NCBI RefSeq assembly: GCF_009914755.1
Contig: NC_060927.1
Length of the DNA stretch: 64,000 nt
DNA from: the human T2T-CHM13v2.0 reference genome, Homo sapiens
Direction: 5' to 3' (one strand)
Part shown: piece after piece, positions 13,990 to 31,071 of the stretch
How positions within the stretch are numbered: the stretch's first letter is position 1
How the letters are laid out: each line of letters starts with the position of its first letter
Position numbers and translations under genes: made by a program
The notes under the pieces: generated by a model
What the model was told of the DNA's origin: nothing
What the model saw: the letters and a program-made list of their open reading frames with translations, nothing else
The model's database searches: none

Positions 13990-14176
13990 CTAGTGTAATG
14001 AGTCCCCACGTCTGAGAAGTCAGACTAATATATTAGTCTGAATAATATAAATATTAATATATATATTAATTTCACATACCTTCTTATTTATTAGCAAATC
14101 CCATTTTCTCAAATATGTCTCACTGTGCTTATATATATATATATATTATGTCATATATATATATGACAATCAATGG

Positions 14177-14216
<40 letters not shown>

Positions 14217-14310
14217 TCTGGCTCCATTACTTGGACAATTTACCTAACCCTTCTAAGCCACAATTTCTTCATCTGAAAAATAGAGAGATTAACAATATCC
14301 AGCTCATAGA
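13990..14310 (+). mobile_element. MIR interrupted by an AT-rich insertion and a (GT)n tract
   Basis: 5' part ...tctgagaagtcagac and core cttggacaatttacctaacccttctaagccacaatttcttcatctgaaaaatagaga. Confidence 0.65.
14181..14214. repeat. (GT)17 microsatellite
   Basis: Direct reading. Confidence 0.97.
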
Positions 14311-14311
14311 T

Positions 14312-14746
14312 CTGTGGTGCCAATTAAGTCTACACTATGGTGAATATGAATATACCACATCCCCTTCAAGGAAGAACTTGCTGACCAGCTGCAGGAGGGC
14401 ACGCAGCAGCTGCTATAGCTGATAATTCTCTCCAAGTTAGCCTCAGATGTAGAGAGCCTCCCTTAAGGTAAGGCCCTTCCTGGGGCAGCCTATACCCCAT
14501 GGCTGAGCAAGGCAGAGTACAAGAGTGTGGCTATTCCAGTTTCATACAGGACCTCCTGGTAGTCAACACTCAACTCACAACTCCCCAGCAAGTTGGCTGA
14601 GAATTTTTCGAGCCTGAATCACAGTTTTTCTTCCTCTGCCCATTCCTGCTTCCTCCTCCTTCCTTTCACTTTGTTAATCCCTAATAAACATCTTGCACCC
14701 CAAACTCCATTTCACCATCTGCTTCTGAAGAACCCAACCTGGAACA
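14312..14746 (+). mobile_element. ERVL solo LTR (LTR16C-like)
   Basis: TG...CA ends; ccttcctggggcagcc; 3' ccctaataaacatcttgcaccccaaactccatttc...tctgcttctgaagaacccaacct. Confidence 0.75.
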
Positions 14747-14805
14747 TATGCCAGCTGCTCAGAACAGCACATGGATCTTAAGCATTCAAAAAAAATTAGT
14801 CAGTA

Positions 14806-14813
14806 TTACTATC

Positions 14814-14841
<28 letters not shown>
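14806..14841. repeat. (ATT)n microsatellite
   Basis: Direct reading. Confidence 0.9.
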
Positions 14842-14844
<3 letters not shown>

Positions 14845-15614
14845 GGCCTACTGATGACAAGAGCAAAACTGCATGCCTGTTTTCAATATGGTTTTCTGCA
14901 ATTGTGTTGAGATTATTACTTTTCAATGGAGTTTCCAGGACTTTTAAACCTAATCTTCTCTCTGGTTTTCTCTAGGGGTGAATGTGGATTTTTTCATTCA
15001 TTTTATATTGTGAGCGACTATTATGAGCCAGGCTCTGAGCTAAATGCTAGGAATGAGAATACACCCAGCCTTGCAAGAGCATTTGAATTGCTGTCGACTG
15101 AACACAAAAGTGAGGGTGAGATTTATTGCCCTGCCCACCAGGTGATACTGTCAATATGTAGCTGTTTATCCCTGAAACAGGGGTCCTGGTAAGGAATGGA
15201 AAGGATGAGACAGAGCATTTTATTATTTTATTGGCAGAAAGGGAAAAGTTACAGTCAGCCCAGAAGGTGCATCTTTTGCTATTTCTATCAGTTTTCTCTA
15301 ATGCTTATGATGATGGGAATGCATAGTTCACTGAGTGGATGGAAATTCAGGCTCCAACTATGGCCAAAACCGATGAGCAGTAACGTGGAAGTAGTCAAGA
15401 ATATACAAAACACAATGAAGAGACAGAAACACTTTAAAGCAACCAGTTATTTTATTCAATCATTTCCTGAGCATGCTGGATGCAAAGCCCAGGTATGATG
15501 CTGGGGGTAAGAGACACAGAAATAATTAAAGCAGTCCTTAACCTCAACAACTAAAAGTCTGTGAGCAAAGACTGAGACCTGTACAGACTAGCGATATAGA
15601 ACATAGAGTATTCT

Positions 15615-15903
<289 letters not shown>

Positions 15904-17286
15904 AGAGTATTCTAAGAGTGATTGTGTAAGAATGCTATATATGCATGAATATAAGGTAAGTTTATATTTTCTCAAAAATTAATACAGAAATAAGGGATTT
16001 GCCTTATATTTTAGTTCTTACCAAGTCTCTCATCACAGGACACGCACTCAAATTTTTTAATTTGAAGAGTGAATTGCTGAACCAGACTAACTTCAACAAT
16101 GCTGGTTTAGGATAATTATGAGGGTCACCTAACTTTTTAAAAAATAAAAAGTGAAAGAGATTTAAGACAGATTTAGAAACTATTACTGGGTGTATAACCT
16201 CACAAATCCAAGAGTCAGATTATTTGTAAACAAAATTTTGAAAGACCATTTTAGAAAGCAATTCAGAACTTTCATGTCAGCAGAGCAGACACTAGATAAA
16301 CAACACTGCTGAATGAAACAAGTAAAAAGCTGGATTAAAAAGATAAAAATGTCTTTTTAAGTGTTTTGCTGGGTTACAGTCGGAAGAAAGATTCTTCAGA
16401 GGCCGAGAATAGAAAATCAAGTTTCCTGGGAAACATTTTTCTGAGACTAGAGACCTTGAACCTTGGCACATACTGCTGCTCAGAGTGCACGCCAGAGGGT
16501 TGGGGTTGCAGAGGGGTGCTAATTTCATATTCCCACATAACATTGAAACCCAAACAGGCTATACTCTCCATGTAAAGAGCAAGGAGAAATAAATCTAATG
16601 TGCTGATAGGAAACAGAACAGCTCTGGACAAAGGCAGGAAAAAAAAAAAAACTCCCTGGAGAATTAGTAACCACAAACTAGACTTCACCTACCTGGGTTT
16701 GCAGTCTGAATTCTACCTGTATGATCCCAAAATACTTCCAGAATAAAATTTAATATAAAGTAGATCAGGATAATTTAAAGTTGTGTTTTTTCATACATGG
16801 TACTACAATTTTTAAAAACCATTTATTTCTGTATTACACAGGTACACTTAGCTATCATATATTAAAATATATATATAAAAGAAAAGACATATGGACAATT
16901 ATCAACAAATTCTACATATCCATCTGAATTAATAAGGAATCACACACAGTTTTAAGGACAGCCAATCAAGGATAGCTATGATAGCAAAATGTTAAAGGCA
17001 GGATAATATAAAGAATGGCTTGTTTTAACTATTTGCTTAACTCTTTTACTTTAGTTTGGCTTCCACGTAAGAAAAATGAGATAAAGCTTTTAGGGCTATG
17101 TTGGAACAAGGTGATATGATGTTCCTTGTTAGTTTGCTAAGTTAATGGCAATCAGTGACTTTCTATAATAATATTAATATTGAAACTGATGAGGAATGAT
17201 ATTAGACTTCCCCTGGATGCCATGGGCCTAAGTCAAGTATTTAACACTGGGAAAATCTCAAAAGCCTTTACAAGATAAATAGGCAA

Positions 17287-17590
17287 GTCCAGGTGCAGTG
17301 GTTAACACTTGTAATTCCAGCACTTTGAGAAGCCAAGGTGGGAGGATTGCTTCAGCCCAGGACTTTGAGACCAGCCTGGGCAATACAGAGAGACCCTGTC
17401 TCTACAATAATAATAATAATAATTAAAAATTAGCCACGTGCATGCACCTGTGGTCCCAGCTACTCAGGAGGCTGAGATGGAAGGATCACTTGAGCCTGGG
17501 AGGTCGAGGCTGCAGCAGTGAGCCATGATCACACCACTGCACTCCAGCCTGGATGACAGAGACTCTGTTTCAGAGAAAAAAAAAAAAAAA
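17287..17590 (+). mobile_element. AluJ
   Basis: Dimer with (AAT)n linker; TSD agataaatag(g/c)caa. Confidence 0.95.
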
Positions 17591-18429
17591 CAGATAAATA
17601 GCCAATAGGCAAGAGGAAAAGAAGTTAGATCCTGGTAAGTATTTAGGTCACCAGGGAAAAATAGTATAAATGGAACAATTATCTTGACATATCCATGTTT
17701 CTCTCTGGCAATCAACCTCAGTCTTCCAGATGTTCAAATTTGCTTTATTTGTTCAAAGGGAACCAGTGAAAGCCACACAGCACATCATTTAAATAGCTGG
17801 ACTCCAAATTTCATCCAAATTGATTTTTTTCCTCTATCCCACTATTTGCCTGCCTTTCAACATTCCTTTTCTGCGGACACTCCTCCTATACATAATATCA
17901 AGTAATTCATGCATCACCATAAATGAAGCTATTGACAGAGGAGATGAGGGCAATGCTCACCAAAGCCTAAACAATTAGTGGCTGTATCATGGGAACGGGG
18001 CTTGAGAGTCAGGCTGGAACTATCATAAATCCAAAATCAAAATGTCTCAGCATGATTCCCTTAAAACTATAACAGGTCTGCATAGTATTTCATTAAACAT
18101 AAAGGCTCTTATTTGATAAACCAAAACTAATCTCATTTTTCTGATTAATGTCTTCAATAGGAAAAGCTAGAGTCCACTGTCTTAATTTATTTCTAAGGCA
18201 GTCTATAAAAAGCAGGAGGATGATTGTTCTCTAACTAAAATCAGACACCTAGCCACACTCACCAGAAATTGGCAAAAAGATTATACTTCACTGAAATTTA
18301 GGGAAGAACATAAAAAGAGTGTTTCTTGAAATAGAAAAAGAAGCATTTTGGAGAGAGCATTTGTTGTCTGACTTCTAGCCTTTTAGCCTTCTGCCTTCTT
18401 AACAGGACATCAAAGTTCTTAGTCATGAG

Positions 18430-18860
18430 TTTTGGCTGAAATTGAACCCTCCCAAAAATTTAAGGGTAGGCCCTGACTGGCTAATGTCAACCAGTACATC
18501 TTTCTCCCAGCCAGAGTGAATGGCTTTTTGGAGGAATTCTAGGAAAGGAGTGTTCTCTTTGGAACATGAAAGCTACAAAGAGAATACTTTCTCCTCTCTG
18601 CTAAAACAAAAGTGGGGCTGCTGTTCCTGCCACCAGCTTTGTGTGGCCATGATGGATGCCAATCTTTAAAAGAAATTGATAATGGGAAAAACAATATGGA
18701 GCAACAAAAAGAAACTGGGCCTCTAGCGATGTGGTTGAGCCACTAGATCAATCTATACTTGAAGACTGCGCTACCACTGAACTTTTCAGTTAAGTAAGCA
18801 GGTAAGTTCCTCTTATTGTTTAAGCTAGTCTAAGTTGATTTTTCTGCTACTAGTTAATTA
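18430..18860 (+). mobile_element. Old MLT1-type MaLR LTR (MLT1K-like)
   Basis: 3' motif ctgaacttttcagttaagtaagc...ttcctcttattgtttaagctagtctaagttgattttt. Confidence 0.6.
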
Positions 18861-19397
18861 ATAATGGGGCTGGAACCACATAAAAAGATAGGCATCATTT
18901 TCAAAAAACAGACTTGAATAAAAGTATCCAGATTTCTCAGAGATTCTCAGCTTACACAGTGTAAGGTATCTTACTCAACAAGCAACTGTGGCCTGGCTGT
19001 TTAGTAAAGTTGAATCTGTTACAATAAAAAGATTTTTAACACTAACATGTAGAAAAATCTATTATTGCTAGCATAGTGGCAAATTTTAAAACAGTTTACC
19101 ATGAAAAGAGAGCTAAGGCTAATACCTCAGTTCATTCTTATGCATAGGCTGTGAAGAAAAAGCAAAAAAGAACAAGTGTATAATTTCCTCCATCATCTCC
19201 ATGGCAATTTTCAGTCTCCGTCATGAAATGTTTAATCCAAGAACCTTGTTTGTTTGCTTGTTTGTTTTAAGGAGACAGATGGGAAATCACAGAGACACTC
19301 TCTGGACATCCAAGATAAAATAAATAACTTTTTTTCAGTTATCCGTTTTCCTACTGAATGCCACCAAAAAAAAAAAAAATACATTAAGAGGCTTTGT

Positions 19398-19690
19398 GGC
19401 CAGGTATGATGTGCATTGGGAGGCCAAGGTGGGAGGATGTCTTGAGGCCGGGAGTTCAAGACCAGCCTAGGTAATATAGCGAGACCCTATCTCTAAAAAA
19501 AAAAAAAATCAAAAAATCAGCTAGGCATGGTGGCACACACCTGTAATCCCAGCTACTCAGAAGGGTGAGGTGGGAGGATCACTTGAGCCCAGGAGTTCAA
19601 GGTAAGCCATGATCGCACCACTGCACTCCAGCCTGTGCTACAGAGCAAGACCCTGTCTAAAAAAAAAAAGAAAAGAAAAGAAAAATGAAA
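19398..19690 (+). mobile_element. AluJ
   Basis: Dimer with small 5' deletion and A-rich tail. Confidence 0.93.
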
Positions 19691-20465
19691 AAACAGAACC
19701 ACCTATGAGGAAGCACTGTTATTACATTCGTTTTAGCGTTGAGTATACTGAGTGGTTAAGCAAATTATCCAAGGTCAGAGGACTAGTAAGTGTGAGTGCA
19801 AAGATTCAAATCCAGACTACCTGACTTCAGCCCATTTGCTCTAAACCACTAACCCTCATCCCTGTTGCCATTTTGTGCCCAAGATTCAGATGTATCTCTC
19901 TCTTTTAATCCTATAAAACCATCCAGTATTTCTGTAATAAAATTTCCCTTTTAGCTTTATATAAGTTGGTTTCTGTTTCTTGCAAGCAAAATGTCTTAAG
20001 GAGCACATTACTGACAACTGGGAATCAACATTTATAGATCCCAGGAACTCCATAAACAGTGAGAAAATGGATAAATGAACACCACCAAGTCCCCTCTACA
20101 GTGGGCTACTGGGCATATTAATTCACAACAACCTCAGACTCAGAGTCGCTGAGCAATGCATCTTATTTGTGCCCTGTACGCAGCAGATGCTCTGTTCCTG
20201 GGCATTTTTGTAGTAGGTGGATAATTTCCTGGAACTGGAACATGTTCTTGAGAGGAAGAGCAAACAATGCCCTCCTCTGCAGTCTTGGCATTTTGAAGGG
20301 CAGATGTAGGACTCAGTCAGTAATTAGAATCCAGGGGAAAATTGCATTGAGATTGAATTTTTGAAAAACAAAGCTATATTACTTATGGCAAGATTAACTC
20401 AAGGCTGAGAATCACCATTTTGAAGCCAACCAAATCTGAATTTGAACCCTAGCGACCTCCACCAC

Positions 20466-20790
20466 TAGAATGGTGGTTACTAGAGGCTGGGAAGGGTAGT
20501 GGGGAAGGAATGATAAAGAGGAGTTGGTAATTGGGTAAATAGAAAGAATAAGATATAATGTTCAGTAGCACAACAACTAACACTATAGCTAACAATTGTA
20601 TGTTTTGAAATAAGGAAGTAGATTTGTAATGTTCTCAACACAAAGAAATAAATGATAAATATTTGAGGTGATGTATACCCCAGTTCCCCAGATTTGATTA
20701 TTACATATTGTATGTTTGTATCAAAATATCACATAGACCCATAAATATGTAAAACTATTACGTATCCATGAAAATTAAAAATTAAATAAA
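20466..20790 (+). mobile_element. L1MA 3' end
   Basis: tagaatggtggttactagaggctgggaagggtagtgggg...aatgataaatatttgaggtgatg...gatttgattattaca. Confidence 0.85.
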
Positions 20791-20795
20791 ATAAA

Positions 20796-21434
<639 letters not shown>

Positions 21435-22745
21435 CGAAACAGAAAGAAAGTACAAAGAAGGAATTATCAATTAACTATGTTTTGCACAGAATTAATTATC
21501 CTACCATCTTGGCCTGTTTGCTGGCTAGGCTAGTTGGTTCATGTTTTTTAAAATCACACAATGATGTTGATAAAAATGACACACATTTGTTATTTTTTAA
21601 AAATCCAACCAATGCAGAAAAGAAGAAAGCTTACTTTAATGACCCAAATTCCACCACCCAGAAATTACTATTATTTGTATTAGGTGAACATTAATATGGA
21701 AAGTTGCTGTATACATACAGATAGTTGGCTACATAGATAAATTGTTTAATAGATTAGATAGATGAATAGAAATATTTTACTAAAATCAGATCTATTTTAG
21801 ATGGTTTTAAAAAATATTAAATTTAATTCTACTTGACTTTAATTTTTAAAAAACAAGCTGAAGAGACACTAAGGGCATTATTTCTGAAATTTTTAACTTC
21901 TAATTTTCTTCTCTTAAGTCCTAGCTGATGCTTATGCAAATATTCCCATATATTCACCCAACATCGGTGTCTCCTATATTTCAGAAGAAGGGAGACCCTT
22001 CAGATCATCCCATATTTTGTTGTTGTGGTGGTGGTGGCAAAATATACATAACATAAAATTCATCATTTTAAGCATTTTAAAGTGTACAATTTAGTGGCAT
22101 TTAGTACACTTACAGTGTTGTGCAACAACCACCTCTATCTAGGTCCAAAACATTTCATGGCCTCAAAGGGAAATCCTATACCCATAAAGCATACATCCCC
22201 CCTTCCTCCTCCCTCCAGTTCCTGGCAACCACCAATCTGCCTTCAGTCTCTATGGATTTGCCTATTATGGGCATTTCATATCAATGGAATTCTACAACAT
22301 GTAACCTTTTTTGTCTGGCTTCTTTTGCTTAGCATGCTTTTAAGGTTCATCCATGTAGTAGCATGCATTATACTTCATTCCTTTTTTGGCTAAATAATAT
22401 TCCATTGCATGGATACACCACATTTTGTTGATCCATCTATCAGTTGATGGACATTTGCATTGTTTCCACCTTTTAGTTATTGTGAATAATGCTGCTATGA
22501 ATGTTTACATATAAAATGTTGTTGAAAGACCTGTTTTCAATTCTTTTGGTATAGGCATATCTCAGAGATATTGCAGATTTGATTCCAGACACCAAAGTAA
22601 AGAGAATATCATAATAAAGTGAATCACACACATTTTTTTCCCAATATATATGAAAGTTGTATTTACACTATCCAGTATTTTATTAAATGTGCAACAGCAC
22701 TGTGTCTAAAATAACAATACACACACCTTAATTTAAAAATACTTT

Positions 22746-23330
<585 letters not shown>

Positions 23331-24741
23331 CTAACAAAAATCTGAGCCTTCAGGAAGTTGTAATCTTTTTGCTGGTGGAGTGTCTTGCCTCAGTGCTGAT
23401 GGCTGCTGACTGATAAGGCTGGTGGTTGCTGAAGGTTGTCATGGTTGTGGCAATGTCTTAAAGTAAAACAACAGCGACGTGTATTCCTCATGAAAGATTT
23501 CTCAGTAGCATGCAACACTGTTTGATAGCATTTTACCCACAGCAGAACTTCTTTCAAATTTGGAGGAAATCCTCTCAAATCCTGCCACTTTCATCAACTA
23601 TGTTTATGTAATACTCAAAATCCTTTGTTGTCATTTCAATGGTGTTCACAGTATCTTTACCAGGAGTCAATTCCATCTTAAGAAACCACTTTCTTTGCTC
23701 ACCCAAGAAGTAACTCCTTGTCCGTTCAAACTTTATCATCAGATGGCAGCAATTCAGTCTCATCCTCAGGCTCCACTTCCAATTCTAATTCTCTTGCTAT
23801 TTCCACCATATCTGCAGTTACTTCCTCCACTGAAGTCTTTATCCCCTCCAAATCGTTCATGAGAGTTGGTATCAACTTCTCCCAAACTCCTGTTCATGTT
23901 GATATTTTGACCTCCTCCCCTAAATCACAAATGTTCTTAATGCTATCTAGTATGGTTAATCTTTTCCAGAAGGGTTTCAATTTACTCTGTCTAGATGCAT
24001 CAAAGGAATCAGTATCTATGGCAGCTATAGTCTTACAAAATGTATTTCTTAAATAATAAGACTTGAAAGTTGAAATTATTTCTTGATCCAGGGGCTGCAG
24101 AATGAATGTTGTGTTAGCAGACATGAGAACAATATTCATCTCCTTGTACATCTCCATCAGAGCTCCAGGTTCATTGTCAATGGGCAATAATATTTTGAAA
24201 GAAATATTTTTTTCTTAGGTCTCAGCAGTGGGCTTAAAATGTTGAGTAAATCATGCTGTAAACAGATGTGTATCATCCAGACTTTGATGTTCCATTTCTA
24301 CAGCACAGGCAGTTGATTACACATCATTCTCAAGGACCTAGGGTTTGGGGAATAGTCAATAAGTACTGGCTTCCACTTAAGTCATCAGCTGCATTACTTC
24401 CTAACAAGAGAGACAGCCTGTCCTTTGAAGCTTTGAAACCAGGCTTTGACTTTCCCTCTCTAGGTAGAAAAGTCCTAGCTGGGATATTCTTCCAAAAGAA
24501 GGCTGTTTCATCTACATTGAAAATCTGAGGTTTAGTGTAGCCACCTCCATCAGTGATCTTAGCTAGACCTTTCTGGATAACTAGCTGCAGCTTCTCTATC
24601 AGCACTTTCTGCTTCACCTTGCACTTTTATGTTATGGAGACAGCTGCTGTCCTTAAACCTTATGAATCAACCACTGCTTGCTTCATAGTTTTCTTCTGCC
24701 TTGCTCACCTATCTTAGCCTTCACAGAACTGGAGATAATTG

Positions 24742-25052
24742 GACCCGGCACAGTGGCTCATGCCTGTAATCCCAGCACTTTGGGAGGCCAAGGCAGGTGG
24801 ATCACTTGAGGCCAGGAGTTTGAGACCAGCCTAGCCAACATGGCGAAACCCCGTCTCTACTAAAAAATACAAAAAATAAGCCAGGCATGGGGGAACACTC
24901 CTGTAATCCCAGCCACTCAGGTGGCTGAGGCATAAGAATTGCTTAAACCCAGGAGGCAGAGGTTGCAGTGAGCCAAGATTGTGCCACTGCAGCACTCCAG
25001 CCTGGGGCAACAGAGCAGAACTCTGCCTCGAAAAAAAAAAAAAGAAGAAGAA
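24742..25052 (+). mobile_element. AluSx/Sz-like
   Basis: Dimer; TSD aga(t/g)aattgg. Confidence 0.94.
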
Positions 25053-25261
25053 GAGAATTGGGGCCTCGCTCTGGATTAGGCTTTGGCTTAAGGGAATGTC
25101 GTGACTTTTTGATCTTCTATCCAGACCAAACTTTCTCCCTATCAGCACTGTTCACTGCAGTAGCACTTTCAATTTCCTTCAAGAACTAAGAACTTTTCCT
25201 TTGCAGTCTCAACTTGGCAAACTGTTTGGTACAAGAGGCCTAGCTTTTAGCCTATCTCAGC

Positions 25262-25587
25262 TTTTTCTTTGTTTTTTGTTTGTTTGTTTGTTTGTTTGTT
25301 TTTCCTTGAGACAGGATCTCACTCTGTCAGCCAGCCTAGAGTGCAGAGGTACGATCATAGTTCACTGCTGTCCTGAACTCATGGGCTCAAGTGACCCTCC
25401 TGCCTTGGACTCTAGTAGCTAGGACCACAGACACATGCCACCATATCCAGCTAATTTTTAAATTTTTTGTAGAGTTGGGATCTTGCTATGTTACCCAGGC
25501 TGGTCACAAACTCTTGGCCTCAAGTGGTCCCCCCACCTTGGCTTTCCAAAGCAGTAGGATTACAGGCATGAGCCACTGTGCTTGGCC
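25262..25587 (-). mobile_element. AluJ with (TTTG)n tail
   Basis: Reverse-complement dimer; TSD t(a/g)tctcagctttt. Confidence 0.93.
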
Positions 25588-26520
25588 TGTCTCAGCTTTT
25601 GACATGTCTTCTTCACTAAGCTTAATCATTTCTAGCTTTTAATTCAAAGTAAGAGACACGCAACTCTCCCTTTCACTTAGACACTTAGACGCCATTATTG
25701 GGTTATTAACTGGCCTAACTTCAATATTGTTGTGTCTCAGGGAATAGGGATATTCAAAGAGAGAGAGAGGGAGAGAGAGGAGGACGAATGACTTGTCAGT
25801 GAAGTAGTCAGAACACACACATTTATTGATTAAGTTTGCCACCTGATGTGGGAAGTTTCTGGAACCCCAAAACAATTACAATAGTAACATCAAAGATGAA
25901 TTGTCACAGAGCATCATAACAGATATAATAATAAGGAAAAGTTCAAAATATTGCTAGAATTACCAAAATGTGACACAGAGACACAAAGTGAGCACAGGCT
26001 GTTGAAAAAATGGTGCTGACAGACTTGCTCAACACAGGGTTGCCACAAACTTTCAATCTGTAGAAAACACAGTATCTGTGAGGAATGATAAAGGGAAGGG
26101 CAAAAAAAACCCCAAGGTATGCATGTATATGCCTCAGAGTGGAATTGCTAGGTATTATGGTAATTCTGTGTTTAACTTGTTTTCTATATCAGCTGTACCA
26201 TTTTATACCTCGTTTTGATTTTCATTACTCATTCTACACTGTCAAGGGCCTTCTTTTGAAAGAGGTTAAAAACCCTAAGTCAATTCTATTACCCTTATAA
26301 CCATATTCTGCCCATTGCTCTGTATTTTACTTAAATGGGTACAGTCATAGTCATGTAGGCAATTCTTAATCAAACACATGACTCTTTCTCTACTTAATAG
26401 CCTGCCTGAGGCACACATTGCCAATTGGTCAGCCTTCTCTCTAACACGGAAACAGCTTCACAATTTCCAACTTAGTACACTACCAATCAATCCAAGAGCA
26501 AACATAAAAGTTGAACCTTT

Positions 26521-26859
<339 letters not shown>

Positions 26860-28599
26860 TCACCATTTTGTTCAGGCCATCCTGCTTTCTTGGACAACCC
26901 TATCCATTTCCTTGAAGTTTCTGATGGCTGTTGTCTTTAAGACCCAGATCAGACTTCACCATTTTCATGGGTACTCCAGTCCTCTTAATAGGAACACCCA
27001 GAGCCACCATATTGTCTCTACCCCATAGTTTGTCCCCATTTCGTATCTCTTAGTGTTATAGGTTTTGTTCCTGCATATAGATACTCTCTCCACAACTCAT
27101 ATTCTTCTTGAGTTTAGTTGAGTGGGAGGCAGGAAGGCAGAGTGAGAAGGAACTGGGCCATATAAGTTAGATGCAGGCCTGAGTTCACACTCCATTTAGC
27201 CATGGGACAGTCCAGCTGCCTTACCTCCCAGGGCTGTCTCCATTCCTCTTCTATGACATGGGGGAAAATTCTGACATTGCAGGTTATGATCATGAGGGGT
27301 GATACCTACAAAGCTCATAGGAGGTCACTGGTTAATTGCAAAGATGCAGAGCAACACAGTCTGCATTTTCACATCTCCTGTATCTCTCATGCATCACTGA
27401 CAAACACTGAACATATTCAGATATTGTCTGAACAGGAGCTCAGACAATATCAGCAGATTGTTGTGTTCATTCCACACTTACCCATAAGCATCGGGCAAAG
27501 GGTGAGAACCAGGCAGAGCCTCTTCTTTCATTGTATTAGTTAATATTTTGTGCATATGATATATTCATTTTCTTATCTATTTATACCCGCCACTTTCCAA
27601 AAAGTTGATGAAACATAAATATCCTCTTGTCTAAATAGGCTTTTCCCAAAAAGCCTCCTCAAAATAGTCATGGACACAGAAAAAATGCTAGAAGGTCTGT
27701 TTTACACCCAATGGATTGATAGGTAATAATTCAATTGGACAAATATTAGTTCCCATGTACTAAGTGGGCACTGAATGGCAGGCACTGACTACATTTCACA
27801 TGGTTCCCCTTGAATCCTCACCACAACCCTGAGTCAGGATGCACTATTATCCTCCTTTTCCAGTGAGAAAACTGAGGGTGAGAGTTGGCCCTATGGCTTC
27901 CAGAGGCCGAGATGGAATTTGAGCCCACCGTCTGCCTGACTGCTGAGTCCATCCTCTTAACTCCTATACTATACTCTCTTCAGCCCACAACTGAACTTCC
28001 AGAAGGAGCTGTTTTGAAGCATTCAGGATTTTGCCTCATCAAGCACGATACAAAACTAAGTAAAGAGGAGAAGCTTCAGAGAAAACAGCTTCAGCATAAG
28101 CTTCATAAGGAAGAGATGAAATGAAATGCCATAAACGCTAATACACTGAAATCAGGAGCGTCACTGGAAGTTATGTGGTGCCAATCAAATCACATTATCC
28201 CTAAATATATAGCAAATGGCTTAACAGCTTTTGGGCCCATCTCCTGCCAAAGTATTTCAACATTAATAAAACCAGGTGTGACTGTACAGTCTTTTAGTCA
28301 TTTAACCAATATGCATGGGCCACTACTGTGTGCCATGCACTGTGCTTGGGGTGTGATCCTTTTGAATCTGTTGCAAGAGGATTTACTCCATAGATATAAC
28401 TGTGAGATGTGCCATATGTTTCAGGAGAACCGTTGAACTTGCTGTAGGCATTGCTCTGTTCTTCTGGATGGACCTGGTAATTAGATACTAGGAATGAGGT
28501 TAAAGAGGAGCTTGAGTTTTTATTAAAAACTCTCTCAGTACTCCATCAACATTATTATCATTTGATAAATTCTTATCACTTTTCTAATGTAAAAATTAA

Positions 28600-28955
<356 letters not shown>

Positions 28956-29003
28956 TTAAAAAAATCAAGTCCATGGAACAATTCAAGCGTATTATGAGAA
29001 TGA

Positions 29004-29821
<818 letters not shown>

Positions 29822-29941
29822 GACAGACCTAATGGTCAGATGTCAAATTTCCTTTGAATGTAATCATTTAAAAAATGAGGGGGTCAGGGTACAGGGGCGT
29901 CTTTTCTTACTTGTCTTTTTACAAGCTCAAGAAAGCTAAAC

Positions 29942-30251
<310 letters not shown>

Positions 30252-30877
30252 CTAAACATGGTTTGGCTCTTGTGAAAGTATTAAAAAAAAAAAAAAAGCA
30301 ATGACAGAATGGTACAATATGCAATTTGACTGTTCTAAGAGGTCAGGGCAACTTCTAGAAAATGTGAATAATACTAAGGAATGAGGTTAAAGAGGAACTT
30401 GAGCTTTCATTAAAAACTCTATCACTATTCCATCAGTGATTATCATTTCATTAATTCTTACCACTTTTCTAATAGGAAAATTAAACGTCATTTAAGCCTA
30501 AAGATTTTACAAAGAACTGTTGTAAGTATAACCCACAAAAAATCTACACACAACCCTACCATGTGGTCCAGTTTGGACACAAAGTCACATTCAAAGAAAC
30601 AGCAAGCCAATAGAAAAGCAAAGTTGAGAACAACTCAAATCTTGATGTAAACGTTGAAGAAAATTGTAAGGGGGAATATTCACTCTTAATAGATAACTTC
30701 TTGAAATTTATTTTGGGACTTCCGTCTTTCTGAATTGTTGCAGTAGCTCTCCCCAAAATTCCCCATTTTTTCTTTCCCAAAAATGGTCCTAAACATCCAG
30801 CTCTATCACCTCTCTAGTCTCACTCCCTGTCCCCTCCAAGCCTCAACCCTTTAACATATAGATACATGATTCCCAAG

Positions 30878-30930
30878 CAAGGGGCCAAGGATGCCGCTAA
30901 ACATCCAACAATACGCAGGCCAGCCCCAAG
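30878..30930. mobile_element. MER20-like fragment
   Basis: ggccaaggatgccgctaaacatccaacaatacgcaggccagcccc. Confidence 0.55.
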
Positions 30931-31071
30931 CCAATATACTGTTTGTACATAATGTCAGAGTATTGAAATGTGGATCAACTGAAGTTCTCCATCTCTTGAT
31001 TTTGTTTACAACAAAGGTAGTTCACTGGGTAAGGAGTCAACAAGACTCCACCCTTAAAAATGAGAGGAGGG

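Noticed and set aside
15238-15266. Candidate micro-exon (E)REKLQSAQK
   Set aside because: Reasonable acceptor but poor donor (GTGCAT); no corroboration
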